NCBI GenBank assembly: GCA_023473795.1
Contig: JAMCYS010000041.1
Coordinates: 14,370-78,369 of the forward strand
Reading direction: 5' to 3'
DNA length: 64,000 bases
DNA from: Chloroflexota bacterium
Lineage (GTDB): Bacteria > Chloroflexota > UBA6077 > FW602-bin22 > JAMCYS01
The translations under genes were made by a program, and so were the position numbers. Below are positions 1 through 7,361 of this stretch, piece by piece. The stretch's first letter is position 1, and each line of letters starts with the position of its first letter. Under the pieces are notes generated by a model, which made no database searches, was not told the DNA's origin, and was given only the letters and a program-made list of their open reading frames with translations.

Positions 1-2
1 GC

Positions 3-1136
3 CGCGGGCATTCCGTGGCCGTGGTGGCCCCGGCCCGGCGCATGGCCGACTACTTTGAGACCGTCGACGGCTTACCCGTTTACAGGGTGCGATCCCTGCG
101 AGTACTCTCCGACCGCTGGCGAGTTCCGCTGCTGCCTTTAGGTGGAGTGCGGCGAGCTTTGTGGGACTTCCAACCGGACATAGTGGTCATTAGCTTGCCA
201 TTCATACTGAGCCGGGCAGCGCTGCGGGCGGCGCAGGCGGAAGACGTGCCGACCGTTGGCGTGACGGGCACCATGCCCGAATGGCTGACTGCCAACCTTC
301 CGTTGCCGCGCGACCTGGCAGAGCGGGCTGAGCCAGCGGTCTGGCGTGCCATTGCCGCGTACTACGAGCGGTGCGACGCAGTTGTCGGCGTAACCGACAC
401 GGCGCTAGCTCTACTTCGCCAGCACGGGCTTACCAAACCCGGCGCGGTGATCTCCAACGGCGTTTCGCTGCGCCGTTTCCGACCTCGGGAACGCGACGAC
501 GCCTTGGCAGCTCGTCTGGGGATCGATCTGGCGCCGACGGTGCTGTACACCGGTCGGTTGGACGCCGAGAAGGGATTGGACGTTTGGCTGCGGGCCGTGG
601 CGCGGAGCCGGGACCTGGGCGTCGAGCCGCAGGCCCTGATTGTTGGCAATGGCAGCGAGAAGAAGCGTCTCGGGCGCCTGGCGGTAGAGCTTGGAATTCA
701 GGGGCACACTCGTTTGGTTGGTTTCCTGCCGCAGGCCGACTATGAACGCGTTTTCTCGCTGGCCGACGTGTTTGCAATCGCCAGTACTGCCGAGCTGCAA
801 AGCATAGTCACGCTGGAAGCAGCCGCCAGCGGCCTGCCGCTGGTGGCCGCGGACGCCGGGGCTCTGCCTGAACTGGCTAGGGAGGGTTACAACGGCTATC
901 TCTTCCCCCCGGGCGATCCGGAAACCATGGCTCGGCGGTTGGCGCAGCTGCTCGGGGATCCTGACGAGGCGAAGAGAATGGGCCGGCGCAGCCGCCTCGT
1001 GGCGTTGCACCACGACATCGAACTCACCGCCTCGAGCTATGAGAGCCTCTTTCGCGAGCTGGCGGGCCGCAGAGCGGGCCATCCGAGAAGCAGACGGCAC
1101 GGCGCTGGGCGAGAAGAATCGTCAGTAGTGGGCTAG
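3..1136 (+). CDS. Glycosyltransferase family 4 (GT-B fold), 5' end cut by window edge
   Basis: The frame of track ORF 15..1136 stays open to the window start (..GHSVAVVAP..), so the N-terminus is missing. The C-terminal domain shows GT4 hallmarks LYTGRLDAEKGLDV, ASTAELQSIVTLEAAASGLPLVAADAGALPEL and GYLFPPGD. Confidence 0.85.
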   Translation, partial: RGHSVAVVAPARRMADYFETVDGLPVYRVRSLRVLSDRWRVPLLPLGGVRRALWDFQPDIVVISLPFILSRAALRAAQAEDVPTVGVTGTMPEWLTANLPLPRDLAERAEPAVWRAIAAYYERCDAVVGVTDTALALLRQHGLTKPGAVISNGVSLRRFRPRERDDALAARLGIDLAPTVLYTGRLDAEKGLDVWLRAVARSRDLGVEPQALIVGNGSEKKRLGRLAVELGIQGHTRLVGFLPQADYERVFSLADVFAIASTAELQSIVTLEAAASGLPLVAADAGALPELAREGYNGYLFPPGDPETMARRLAQLLGDPDEAKRMGRRSRLVALHHDIELTASSYESLFRELAGRRAGHPRSRRHGAGREESSVVG

Positions 1137-1328
1137 CTTTTCTCCGTCATGGACCGATCGACCGGTCGGTGCCCTTCGTGCGGAGCGGACGTCGCTTCGG
1201 CAGGGCGCGTAGGTGTGCCCAGTTTGGCGCTGTCGATTGGCGCTGGCCGGCACTACAGTTAACCTGGCACACTAATTGCACCGGGCTGGTATGGGACGCG
1301 GCCCGTGGCGCGTCCGGGGAGGCGGATT

Positions 1329-3065
1329 GTGGCCGATCGCAACGGGGAAGTCGCTCGTCTACTCGAGAACATAGCCGACCTGCTGGAAGTGAAGGGCGAA
1401 AGTACCTTTCGCATTCGCGCCTACCGCGAGGCTGCGCGACAGATCGGTATTCTGGGCAAGAACGTAGACGAGGTCCGCAAACAGGGGAAGCTGGAGGAGG
1501 TCCCGGGAGTCGGCCCCTCGATTGCTGCCAAGATAGCTGAGTACCTGGAGAAGGGACGCTCCGCCTACCTTGACGAACTCCAACAGGAGATTCCCCCTAG
1601 CGTGGCCGATTTGCTCCAGGTCCCCGGCCTGGGTCCGCGTACGGCGCAGTTGATCTACGCCCACTTGGGTGTTGGCAGCGTGGCAGAGCTGGTCGCGGCG
1701 GCCCGCGAGCACCGGCTGCGAACCGTGCCAGGCATCGGCCCGAAGACCGAAGAGAAACTGCTCCGGGAGACCGAGCGTCTGCAGCAAAGGACCAGCCGAA
1801 TGCTTCTGGCAGTTGCCTTACCGGCGGCAGATGAAGTGGCTGCCTTGCTGCGCGAAAACTCGGCTGTTGAGCGGGTCGAACCCGCCGGCAGCATTCGCCG
1901 CCGACTGGAAACCATCGGCGACATAGATCTCGTGGCGTCGTCGAGCCGGCCTCACGAGGTAATGAAAGCCTTCACGTCCCTGCCGCTCGTCAAGGAGATC
2001 ATCGCCACCGGTCCCACGAAGTCCAGTGTCCTCGCCTTCGAGAATCTGCAGATCGATTTGCGGGTAGTTGACCCGTCGGTCTTCGGGGCAGCCCTGCAGC
2101 ACTTCACCGGGTCGCGCGCCCATAACATACACGTGCGCGACCTGGCCATTAGCGAAGGTTTCAAGCTGAACGAATATGGGCTGTTTTCGCAGAAGACGGA
2201 TGAGCTCGTCGCGAGCGGCACCGAGGAGGAAATCTACCACGCGCTGGGCATGGCGTGCCCGCCGCCGGAACTGCGTGAGGATAGAGGAGAGGTTGAGGCA
2301 GCTCTAGAGCACGACCTTCCCGAATTGGTGCGCGAGTCGGACCTGCGTGGCGATCTCCACGTACATACTGACTGGAGCGACGGCCTGGCGCCTGTGGAGG
2401 CGATGGTGAAGGCGGCGATTGCCCGCGGCTACGAGTATGTGGCGATCACCGATCATTCCCAGTCGCTAGGGGTCGCTCACGGGCTCAGCCCTGACCGGGT
2501 GCGAGAGCAGCGCCGACTCGTCGACCAGTTGAATCGTCAATACCAGCCGTTTCGCATTCTGCAAGGCATTGAGATCGAAATTAGGGGCAATGGCTCGCTC
2601 GACTACGACGACGAAACCTTGCGCTATTTCGACATAGTGACCGCTTCGCTGCACTCCGGTAGGGGCCAGTCGCGTGAGAAGGTCACCGGTAGGGTATTGT
2701 CGGCCCTGGGCAGCGGCTTCGTCGACGTGCTGAACCACCCGAGCGGCCGCATCATCAGCCGACGAGCGGCCTATGAAGTGGACCTAGCGAGGACCATAGA
2801 AGAGGCAGCGGCGCTCGGCATTGCCCTGGAGATCAACAGCTCCCCGGACAGACTGGACCTAGACGATGTCTGGGCGCGTCGCGCCAAGGAAGCGGGGGTG
2901 CTTTTGGCCATCAACAGCGATGCCCACGCGCCTGACCAGCTATCGTTCGTGCGCTGGGGCACGTTCGTGGCCAGGCGTGCCTGGCTGCGGAGGCGTGACG
3001 TTCTGAATACTCTCCCACTGGAGGCGCTACCGAGACGTTTGAGCCGGCTGCGCCGAGCTGCCTGA
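1329..3065 (+). CDS. polX: DNA polymerase/3'-5' exonuclease PolX (pol-beta-like core plus PHP domain)
   Basis: N-terminal 8-kDa/HhH region (VARLLENIADLLEVKGESTFRIRAYREAARQI; GVGPSIAAKI; GLGPRTAQ; GIGPKTEEK). Nucleotidyltransferase core (GSIRRRLETIGDIDLV). C-terminal PHP domain (DLHVHTDWSDG, AITDHS). Start moved from track 1305 to GTG 1329, which lies 6 nt after GGGGAGG. Confidence 0.9.
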   Translation: MADRNGEVARLLENIADLLEVKGESTFRIRAYREAARQIGILGKNVDEVRKQGKLEEVPGVGPSIAAKIAEYLEKGRSAYLDELQQEIPPSVADLLQVPGLGPRTAQLIYAHLGVGSVAELVAAAREHRLRTVPGIGPKTEEKLLRETERLQQRTSRMLLAVALPAADEVAALLRENSAVERVEPAGSIRRRLETIGDIDLVASSSRPHEVMKAFTSLPLVKEIIATGPTKSSVLAFENLQIDLRVVDPSVFGAALQHFTGSRAHNIHVRDLAISEGFKLNEYGLFSQKTDELVASGTEEEIYHALGMACPPPELREDRGEVEAALEHDLPELVRESDLRGDLHVHTDWSDGLAPVEAMVKAAIARGYEYVAITDHSQSLGVAHGLSPDRVREQRRLVDQLNRQYQPFRILQGIEIEIRGNGSLDYDDETLRYFDIVTASLHSGRGQSREKVTGRVLSALGSGFVDVLNHPSGRIISRRAAYEVDLARTIEEAAALGIALEINSSPDRLDLDDVWARRAKEAGVLLAINSDAHAPDQLSFVRWGTFVARRAWLRRRDVLNTLPLEALPRRLSRLRRAA

Positions 3066-3085
3066 AGTCGATGCCGAGAGCGCCA

Positions 3086-3111
3086 GAGGGCCAACCAGAT
3101 GGTTGGCCCTC
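3086..3111. terminator. GC-rich hairpin between convergent polX and DUF2795 genes (putative bidirectional terminator)
   Basis: Perfect 11-bp inverted repeat GAGGGCCAACC-agat-GGTTGGCCCTC. There is no flanking U-tract, so intrinsic termination is unproven. Confidence 0.5.
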
Positions 3112-3121
3112 CCGCTCGGTG

Positions 3122-3355
3122 CTAGCGGCGATTCTTGTCTTTGCCCCCGGTCTTGCGAGCGGCAGTGGCTACCGCCGAGACGACGTTGGCCATGCTGGGG
3201 AACTTGTCCTCGGGCGACTGACTGATGAGATCGGCCAGTTTGAGCTTAGGCCCGCCCTTGGTCCACGAGATCATCTCGTTGCCCGCTCGTTTGATCAGGT
3301 CCTGCTTGCTTGCCGGGAAAGCCGTTCCCTTGAGGGCTTGCGTGACCGCACCCAT
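3122..3355 (-). CDS. DUF2795-family small protein
   Basis: LKGTAFPASKQDLIKRAGNE matches the DUF2795 core (L-K-G-x-x-F/Y-P-A-x-K-x-x-L) as I remember it. GGAGAGG lies 8 nt upstream of ATG 3355. Confidence 0.7.
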   Translation of the reverse strand: MGAVTQALKGTAFPASKQDLIKRAGNEMISWTKGGPKLKLADLISQSPEDKFPSMANVVSAVATAARKTGGKDKNRR

Positions 3356-3388
3356 GCCGTAGGCCTCTCCCTTGGCTGGGCCTGGCTT

Positions 3389-3430
3389 CTAGTAGGGCAC
3401 TTCCCAGTGCTCGCCTTCGTGTTCTGCCAT
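3389..3430 (-). other. 13-codon upstream ORF (MAEHEGEHWEVPY-TAG) in the same frame as the DUF2795 CDS
   Basis: ATG 3430..3428 is preceded by GAAGGAGAAACG, a strong SD with a 6-nt spacer. TAG at 3391..3389 is followed by 11 in-frame sense codons and then ATG 3355. It is either a leader peptide or the N-terminus of an interrupted or recoded gene. Confidence 0.3.
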
Positions 3431-3628
3431 CGTTTCTCCTTCGCTAGCGATGTGCGCGGTCCTTGTTGCCGCCCGTCGCCGGAACGGCAGGGTCGCCTCA
3501 GGCGTGCAGGTTCTGTACCAAGAGCTTTGGCGCCAATCTTGAGCAGCAGGCTAACCGCGCTGCCGGCCCTGCACGCTGAGTAGTATCATGAAGTCGGATA
3601 CACCGATTCTGCGCACAAGGAGAAGGCG

Positions 3629-4282
3629 ATGATATTCGCAGACAGGCGCGAGGCCGGCCAGCGCCTGGCCCGGGCACTGCCAGGGTACCGCGGCAGTGAC
3701 GCGGTCGTGCTGGCCCTACCTAGGGGAGGCGTCATCGTCGGCTGCGAGGTGGCCCGGACACTCAGTCTCCCTTTGGACGTGATCATCACCCGCAAGGTCG
3801 GCGCACCGGGCAACCCAGAGTATGCGATCGGTGCGATAAGCGAAGCGGGAGAGCCGCAACTGAACGAGCGAGAGATCGCCTACATGGGCATCCCCGCGTC
3901 GTACGTGGCCGAGGAAGTGGAGCTACAAAGGCGTGAGCTGGAGCGGCGAGCCATGCAATACAGAGGCGGCCGCGAGCTGGGCGATATCTCTGGCCGTACG
4001 GTGATTCTGGTGGACGACGGGATCGCCACCGGTTTCACGGTACTGGCTACCGTTCGGGCGCTGAAGACGCACCGCCCGGCGCGGATCGTCCTCGCGGTGC
4101 CGGTCGCGCCGCCTTCGGTCGTGGAGACTCTGGGGCGGGAAGTGGACGACGTAGTGGCGCTCGCAACCCCAGAACCGTTCATTGCGGTGGGTGCCTGGTA
4201 CCGGCATTTCGAACAGGTGAGCGATGAGGAAGTCCGCGCTTGCCTGGACGACTGCCGCCAGCAACCCAGAAACGTCGAGTGA
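3629..4282 (+). CDS. Phosphoribosyltransferase-family protein (COG1926-like)
   Basis: LALPRGGVIVG and the PRPP-binding loop VILVDDGIATGFT. AAGGAGAAGG lies directly upstream of the ATG. Confidence 0.85.
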   Translation: MIFADRREAGQRLARALPGYRGSDAVVLALPRGGVIVGCEVARTLSLPLDVIITRKVGAPGNPEYAIGAISEAGEPQLNEREIAYMGIPASYVAEEVELQRRELERRAMQYRGGRELGDISGRTVILVDDGIATGFTVLATVRALKTHRPARIVLAVPVAPPSVVETLGREVDDVVALATPEPFIAVGAWYRHFEQVSDEEVRACLDDCRQQPRNVE

Positions 4283-4343
4283 TGGGCTGTGTGTGTGCGC
4301 CCAGCAGGGGCGCAGACTGGCCTGTGGCAGGGGCAGCCGCGGC

Positions 4344-4372
4344 TTGTTCGCTAGCTGTCCGCGTGCTATAAT
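4344..4372 (+). promoter_or_regulatory. Sigma-70-type promoter for the HD-domain gene
   Basis: TTGTTC (4344-4349), 17-nt spacer, TATAAT (4367-4372). AAGGGAG SD precedes ATG 4406. Confidence 0.6.
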
Positions 4373-4405
4373 GCGACGCACGTTGGGACAATCAAGGGAG
4401 CAACT

Positions 4406-4972
4406 ATGTCAGGTAGGGAGATGAGCCGGGACGAGGCCCTGGCCCTGGTGGAACGTAGCATAAGCAACCGCAATCTGGTGAAGCACTCGCTGGCGGTAGA
4501 GGCGATAATGCGGTGCCTTGCCGTGAGGCTGGGCGAGGACGCGGAGTTCTGGGGCCTGGTGGGGTTGCTACACGACGTCGACTACGACCTTACGGCCAAG
4601 GACCCGACCCAGCACACGCTGGTCGGCAGTCGGATGCTGGCGGAGATGGGCCTGCGCGAGGACCTAGTGCGGGCGGTGCTGGTTCACAACGAGGCCCACG
4701 GCATCCCCAGGGAGACAGCGCTGGACAAGGCGCTCTATTGCGCCGACGCCTTGAGCGGATTGGTGACCGCGGCAGGGCTCATCAGACCTGAGAAGAAGCT
4801 CGCGCCGGTGGAAGTCGACTTCATAATGCGCCGGTTCGGCGAGAAGTCTTTCGCCCGCGGGGCCAACCGCGAGCAGATAAGGTCCTGCGCGGAGATTGGG
4901 CTGGGGCTAGAGGACTTCGTGGGCCTGGGCCTAGTGGCGATGCAGGCCAAAGCCGATGATCTAGGGCTCTAA
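4406..4972 (+). CDS. HD-domain metal-dependent phosphohydrolase (COG2316-like)
   Basis: VKHSLAVEAIM...GLLHDVDYD gives the H..HD motif, followed by VLVHNEAHG. The ~190-aa size is typical of stand-alone HD proteins. Confidence 0.8.
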   Translation: MSGREMSRDEALALVERSISNRNLVKHSLAVEAIMRCLAVRLGEDAEFWGLVGLLHDVDYDLTAKDPTQHTLVGSRMLAEMGLREDLVRAVLVHNEAHGIPRETALDKALYCADALSGLVTAAGLIRPEKKLAPVEVDFIMRRFGEKSFARGANREQIRSCAEIGLGLEDFVGLGLVAMQAKADDLGL

Positions 4973-5047
4973 TCAACTCGGCCCGAATCCGGTGGGTGCG
5001 GGTCGGTCGAGTCTGGGGCCAGTTCGCGCTGAAGGTGGGGCAGGGCG

Positions 5048-5674
5048 GTGGAATCAGGGGACGCCAAGATCAGTCTGGACCAGCTGGCGGAGGAGGTTCG
5101 GCGCTGCCAGCGCTGTGGGTTGGGTAAGGCCCGCACGCGGGCGGTGCCCGGCGAGGGTCCAGCCAACGCGGAGATCGTCTTCATCGGCGAGGCACCGGGC
5201 TATCATGAGGACCGGCAGGGGCGTCCTTTCGTTGGCCCCGCTGGGTTGCTTCTGGAAGAATTGCTGGCGCTGATCCGCCTGCGGCGCAACGATGTGTACA
5301 TCGCCAACGTCATCAAGTGCCGGCCGCCAATGAACCGTGACCCTTTGCCGACCGAGATTGCCGCCTGCCAGGACTACCTCGATCGCCAGCTGCTGGCACT
5401 CCGTCCCCTGGTGATCGTGACGCTGGGCCGTTTCTCCATGGCGCGCTACTTCCCAAACCAAAGCATAAGTAGGATCCACGGCTCGCCGCGCAGGGGCGAG
5501 AGCGTCGTATATTACCCGGTCTATCATCCCGCGGCCGCCCTGCACCAGCCAAGCCTCAAACAAGCCCTCGAGGCCGACTTTCGCAAGCTACCCGTAATTC
5601 TCGAAGAGGCGCGATCTGCCGGCAAGGCGTTGCCCGAGGTTGAGATACCACCCGAGCAGCTGCGCCTACTGTGA
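5048..5674 (+). CDS. Uracil-DNA glycosylase, family 4
   Basis: CQRCGL (Fe-S cysteines), FIGEAPGYHEDRQGRPFVGPAGLLL (motif A, GEAPG..E...G.PFVG.AG), HPAAALH (motif B). Confidence 0.9.
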   Translation: MESGDAKISLDQLAEEVRRCQRCGLGKARTRAVPGEGPANAEIVFIGEAPGYHEDRQGRPFVGPAGLLLEELLALIRLRRNDVYIANVIKCRPPMNRDPLPTEIAACQDYLDRQLLALRPLVIVTLGRFSMARYFPNQSISRIHGSPRRGESVVYYPVYHPAAALHQPSLKQALEADFRKLPVILEEARSAGKALPEVEIPPEQLRLL

Positions 5675-5692
5675 CCCTAAGGAGACGATGAC

Positions 5693-7339
5693 TTGGCGGG
5701 CGCTAGAGTCAAGATCATCCCCCTTGGCGGCTACGGCGAGGTAGGAAAGAACTCGACGGCCATTCAGTGCGAGGACGATCTCGTGGCCATCGACTGCGGC
5801 TTGATGTTCCCGGGCGGCGACCTGCCCGGCATCGATCTGGCGATTCCCGACTGCTCCTATCTTGTGGAGAATCGCCATCGGCTGCGGGGATTGATCCTCA
5901 CTCACGGTCACGAAGACCACCTGGGTGCTCTCCCTCACGTCCTGCCGAAGCTGGACGTACCCGTCTATGGCACCAAACTCACGCAGGGTTTGCTCACTGT
6001 GAAGCTCAAGGAGCACGGCCTTCGCGCCAAGCAGGTGATCGTGCGCCCCGGCGAGCGCGTGGCAATGGGCGGGATGAGCGCCGAGTTCTTCCACGTCAAC
6101 CACAGCATCCCCGGCTGTGTCGGCCTGGCCCTGCGCACCAAGGCGGGGATTGTCGTGCACACGAGCGATTTCAAGTTCGACCAGACCCCGACCGATGGCG
6201 CGCCTACCGACTTCGGCAAGCTCGCGGAACTGGGCGCGCGGGGCGCCCTGGCTCTCATTTGCGACTGCGTGCGAGTGGAGAGGCCCGGGTACACCCCTTC
6301 GGAGCGGGTAGTGGCCGAATCGCTGGATCAGATCTTCTTCGACGCGCCCGGCAGGATCATTTTTACGACCTTCGCCTCCAATATCTCGCGTGTCCAGCAG
6401 GCCCTGAATGCGGCTTACCGGTTCGGTAGGCGAATGGCAATCGTCGGCCGCAGCCTGGAGAACAACGTCGCCGTGGCCACCGAGTTGGGCTACTTGGAGA
6501 TACCTGAGGACACGCTGGTTGGCAGCGAGCGCATGGGCCACTACCCGGCGGAGGAAATGGTTGTCGCCGTCACGGGCAGTCAGGGGGAGCCGACCTCGGT
6601 GCTGGCGCGGATCGCGGCCGACGACCATAGGCAGATCAAGATAGCTGCTGGCGACACGGTCATCATCTCGGCGAGCCCGGTGCCAGGCAATGAACAGACG
6701 GTATCGCGGACCATCGACAGCCTGTTTCGCTTGGGAGCGGACGTGGTCTATGGCGCCCTTAGGCCGGTGCACGTCTCCGGACACGCCAGCCAAGAGGAGA
6801 TCAAGTTCATCCTCAACCTCGTGCGCCCGCAATTCTGCGTTCCCTTCCACGGCGACTATCGCCAGATGGTGCTCTTTCAGCGCCTGGCCGGCCAGTTGGG
6901 GTTTCCCGCGGAGACGGTGCTCTTGCCTGAGTTGGGACAGGGCATCGAGTTTGGCGACGGCAAAGCGCGTTTCAGCGAGCGAGTGCAAGCGGGAACGGTC
7001 CTCGTCGATGGCCTTACGGTTGGGGATGTTGGCCAGGCCGTCATCCGCGACCGCCGGCAACTGGCCGAGGATGGCGTCCTCTTGGTCTCGTTGGTGCTCG
7101 ATCGCGAGAAGGCGACCCTGATTGGCAGGCCACAAATCGCCTCCAGGGGCTTCGCTTACGCGCGGGAGGGCGATAATCTTATTGAGGAAGCCTGCGCGCA
7201 CCTCTTGGCCAACCTAGATCACGGGCCGGCGGGCAGCGCAGAACAAGTATCTCGGGCAGCCAGCGATTCGCTGACGCGCTTCGTCTACGAGCGAACGCAC
7301 CGCCGACCGCTGATCCTGCCCGTTGTCAACGAAGTGTAA
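5693..7339 (+). CDS. rnj: Ribonuclease J
   Basis: KIIPLGGYGEVGKNSTAI, the metallo-beta-lactamase motif LTHGHEDHLGALP, a beta-CASP region and HVSGHASQEE. TTG start lies 8 nt after AGGAGA. Confidence 0.92.
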   Translation: MAGARVKIIPLGGYGEVGKNSTAIQCEDDLVAIDCGLMFPGGDLPGIDLAIPDCSYLVENRHRLRGLILTHGHEDHLGALPHVLPKLDVPVYGTKLTQGLLTVKLKEHGLRAKQVIVRPGERVAMGGMSAEFFHVNHSIPGCVGLALRTKAGIVVHTSDFKFDQTPTDGAPTDFGKLAELGARGALALICDCVRVERPGYTPSERVVAESLDQIFFDAPGRIIFTTFASNISRVQQALNAAYRFGRRMAIVGRSLENNVAVATELGYLEIPEDTLVGSERMGHYPAEEMVVAVTGSQGEPTSVLARIAADDHRQIKIAAGDTVIISASPVPGNEQTVSRTIDSLFRLGADVVYGALRPVHVSGHASQEEIKFILNLVRPQFCVPFHGDYRQMVLFQRLAGQLGFPAETVLLPELGQGIEFGDGKARFSERVQAGTVLVDGLTVGDVGQAVIRDRRQLAEDGVLLVSLVLDREKATLIGRPQIASRGFAYAREGDNLIEEACAHLLANLDHGPAGSAEQVSRAASDSLTRFVYERTHRRPLILPVVNEV

Positions 7340-7361
7340 CGCGTCGGCCCGGAGGCCAGTA

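Noticed and set aside
5666-7201. A 511-aa minus-strand ORF opposite rnj. Similar long antisense or off-frame ORFs occur at 7814-8875, 14262-15164, 31634-32590, 35879-36967, 40804-41952, 42778-43635, 52661-53554, 55221-56360 and 60988-61785.
   Set aside because: - They are shadow ORFs, expected in GC-rich DNA where stop codons are rare off-frame.
- Each lies opposite, or out of frame with, a gene that has unambiguous family motifs.
- Their translations are Arg/Ala/Pro/Gly-rich low-complexity sequence with no recognisable domains.
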